Positions 63,134-64,000 of a stretch of 64,000 bases of DNA are shown piece by piece (the stretch's first letter is position 1; every line of letters starts with the position of its first letter). A model generated the notes under the pieces. The model made no database searches and had not been told where the DNA came from. It saw only the letters and a list, made by a program, of their open reading frames with translations. The position numbers and the translations under genes were made by a program. Source of the stretch: Dehalococcoidales bacterium. Its GTDB lineage: Bacteria > Chloroflexota > Dehalococcoidia > Dehalococcoidales > UBA2162. The stretch covers positions 5,737 to 69,736 of the forward strand of contig JAUYHA010000135.1 in assembly GCA_030690265.1 (NCBI GenBank), written 5' to 3'.

Positions 63134-64000
63134 ATGCTCGAAGCAAGTAAAAAAGCAGCCTTAAAGTTCGGCATAGATACAGCGCTGATTGAGAAAAAGA
63201 CAGACACCACAAAGAATATACGGATTTTGGGTGACGACCTGACTTTTCTTAGCATTAGAGAATTTGAGCGAACAAAGCATGTGCATAGGCTTCATCCTTA
63301 TCTTGGCAAGTTCATACCCCAACTGGTCGAGGTATTTTTAAGGAAATACTTCAGAAAAGGCGATACTGTCCTTGACCCCTTTTCGGGTTCAGGAACTACT
63401 CTGATAGAAGCAAACGTCTTAGGTATGAATTCAATTGGAATAGAACTATCGCCTTTCAATGTGCTAATCCAGCAAGTAAAAACCAGCAAATATAACATTC
63501 CTGAGGTTGAGCTAGAGATAAAAGACGCTCTATTACGATTAAAATCCTTCAGTGGCTATTTACAGTATGAGAGTTTACCTCTTTTTAAGCCACAAGCACA
63601 GAAACTAGAGACAAATAGTGAATATCTGAAAGAATGGTTTTCGGAAAGAGCTTTACAAGAGATTCTATTTTATAGAAGCATAATAAAAGATTATAAAAAC
63701 CAAGATATTTTAAAAGTTATTCTCTCAAGGTCTGCACGCTCTGCAAGGCTTATTCCTCATTACGACCTAGCTCGTCCCAAAAAAGCAATCCGTGAAACTT
63801 ATTGGTGCATCAAGCATAAGAGATATTGTCAGCCTGTTAATGAGGCTTTAAAGTTCATTAATAGGTATAGTCTGGATACGATAAGAAGGATAAAAGAATT
63901 TGATAAGCTAAGGACAAATTCTTTTATCGAGGTTATTCAAAGTGATGCACGACAGGTAAAATTACCTGAAGATTTGAGGTTTAGTGGCATATTTACTTCC
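63134..64000 (+). CDS. DNA methyltransferase (N6-A/N4-C type), 5' part; the ORF is open to the end of the window
   Basis: Hand translation from the ATG at 63134 gives 289 codons without a stop. HRLHPYLGKFIPQLV..GDTVLDPFSGSGTTLIEA is the SAM-binding FxGxG motif. The window ends at ..FSGIFTS, just where a (S/D)PPY motif would be expected. The region is AT-rich. Confidence 0.7.
   Translation, partial: MLEASKKAALKFGIDTALIEKKTDTTKNIRILGDDLTFLSIREFERTKHVHRLHPYLGKFIPQLVEVFLRKYFRKGDTVLDPFSGSGTTLIEANVLGMNSIGIELSPFNVLIQQVKTSKYNIPEVELEIKDALLRLKSFSGYLQYESLPLFKPQAQKLETNSEYLKEWFSERALQEILFYRSIIKDYKNQDILKVILSRSARSARLIPHYDLARPKKAIRETYWCIKHKRYCQPVNEALKFINRYSLDTIRRIKEFDKLRTNSFIEVIQSDARQVKLPEDLRFSGIFTS

Overview
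This is a 64-kb stretch of bacterial chromosome with moderate GC. Gene content and repeat style suggest a Chloroflexota/Dehalococcoidia-like genome, but that is inference and was not verified. Most of the window is housekeeping. Recognisable genes include argF; der-plsY-gpsA; the hrcA-grpE-dnaK-dnaJ heat-shock operon with a CIRCE operator; mutL; pcrA; trpS; hisA; rpsT; rel; and rmuC. Also present are a pantothenate operon (DUF2520 gene, panD, panB, panC); miaA; a pgk-apgM-tpiA glycolytic block; fur plus an FTR1 permease; dtd; glyA; prs; secA; and four tRNAs (Pro-CGG, Met/CAT, Lys-CTT, Asn-GTT). The accessory content falls into six groups. (1) A compact, AT-rich, integrase-less islet sits directly 3' of tRNA-Lys. 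It carries a retron: a nucleoside-deoxyribosyltransferase-like/winged-helix effector, a structured spacer that looks like msr-msd, and a retron-type reverse transcriptase. This is the strongest candidate system in the window. (2) An arsenic module (arsC, acr3) lies next to a redoxin and a thioredoxin-reductase-like gene. (3) A putative acid/CoA catabolic cluster contains an adenylate-forming ligase, an orphan solute-binding lipoprotein, a bicupin and two tandem family-III CoA-transferase paralogs. (4) An AT-rich segment carries an LRR protein and an orphan membrane protein. (5) A decayed feoB has two frameshifts and no membrane domain. (6) An AT-rich DNA methyltransferase gene runs off the right edge. 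Intergenic DNA is densely populated by at least three interrelated families of nested palindromic, MITE-like repeat modules. All calls rest on reading motifs in the supplied ORF translations and on hand-checked base pairing. No database search or folding program was run.
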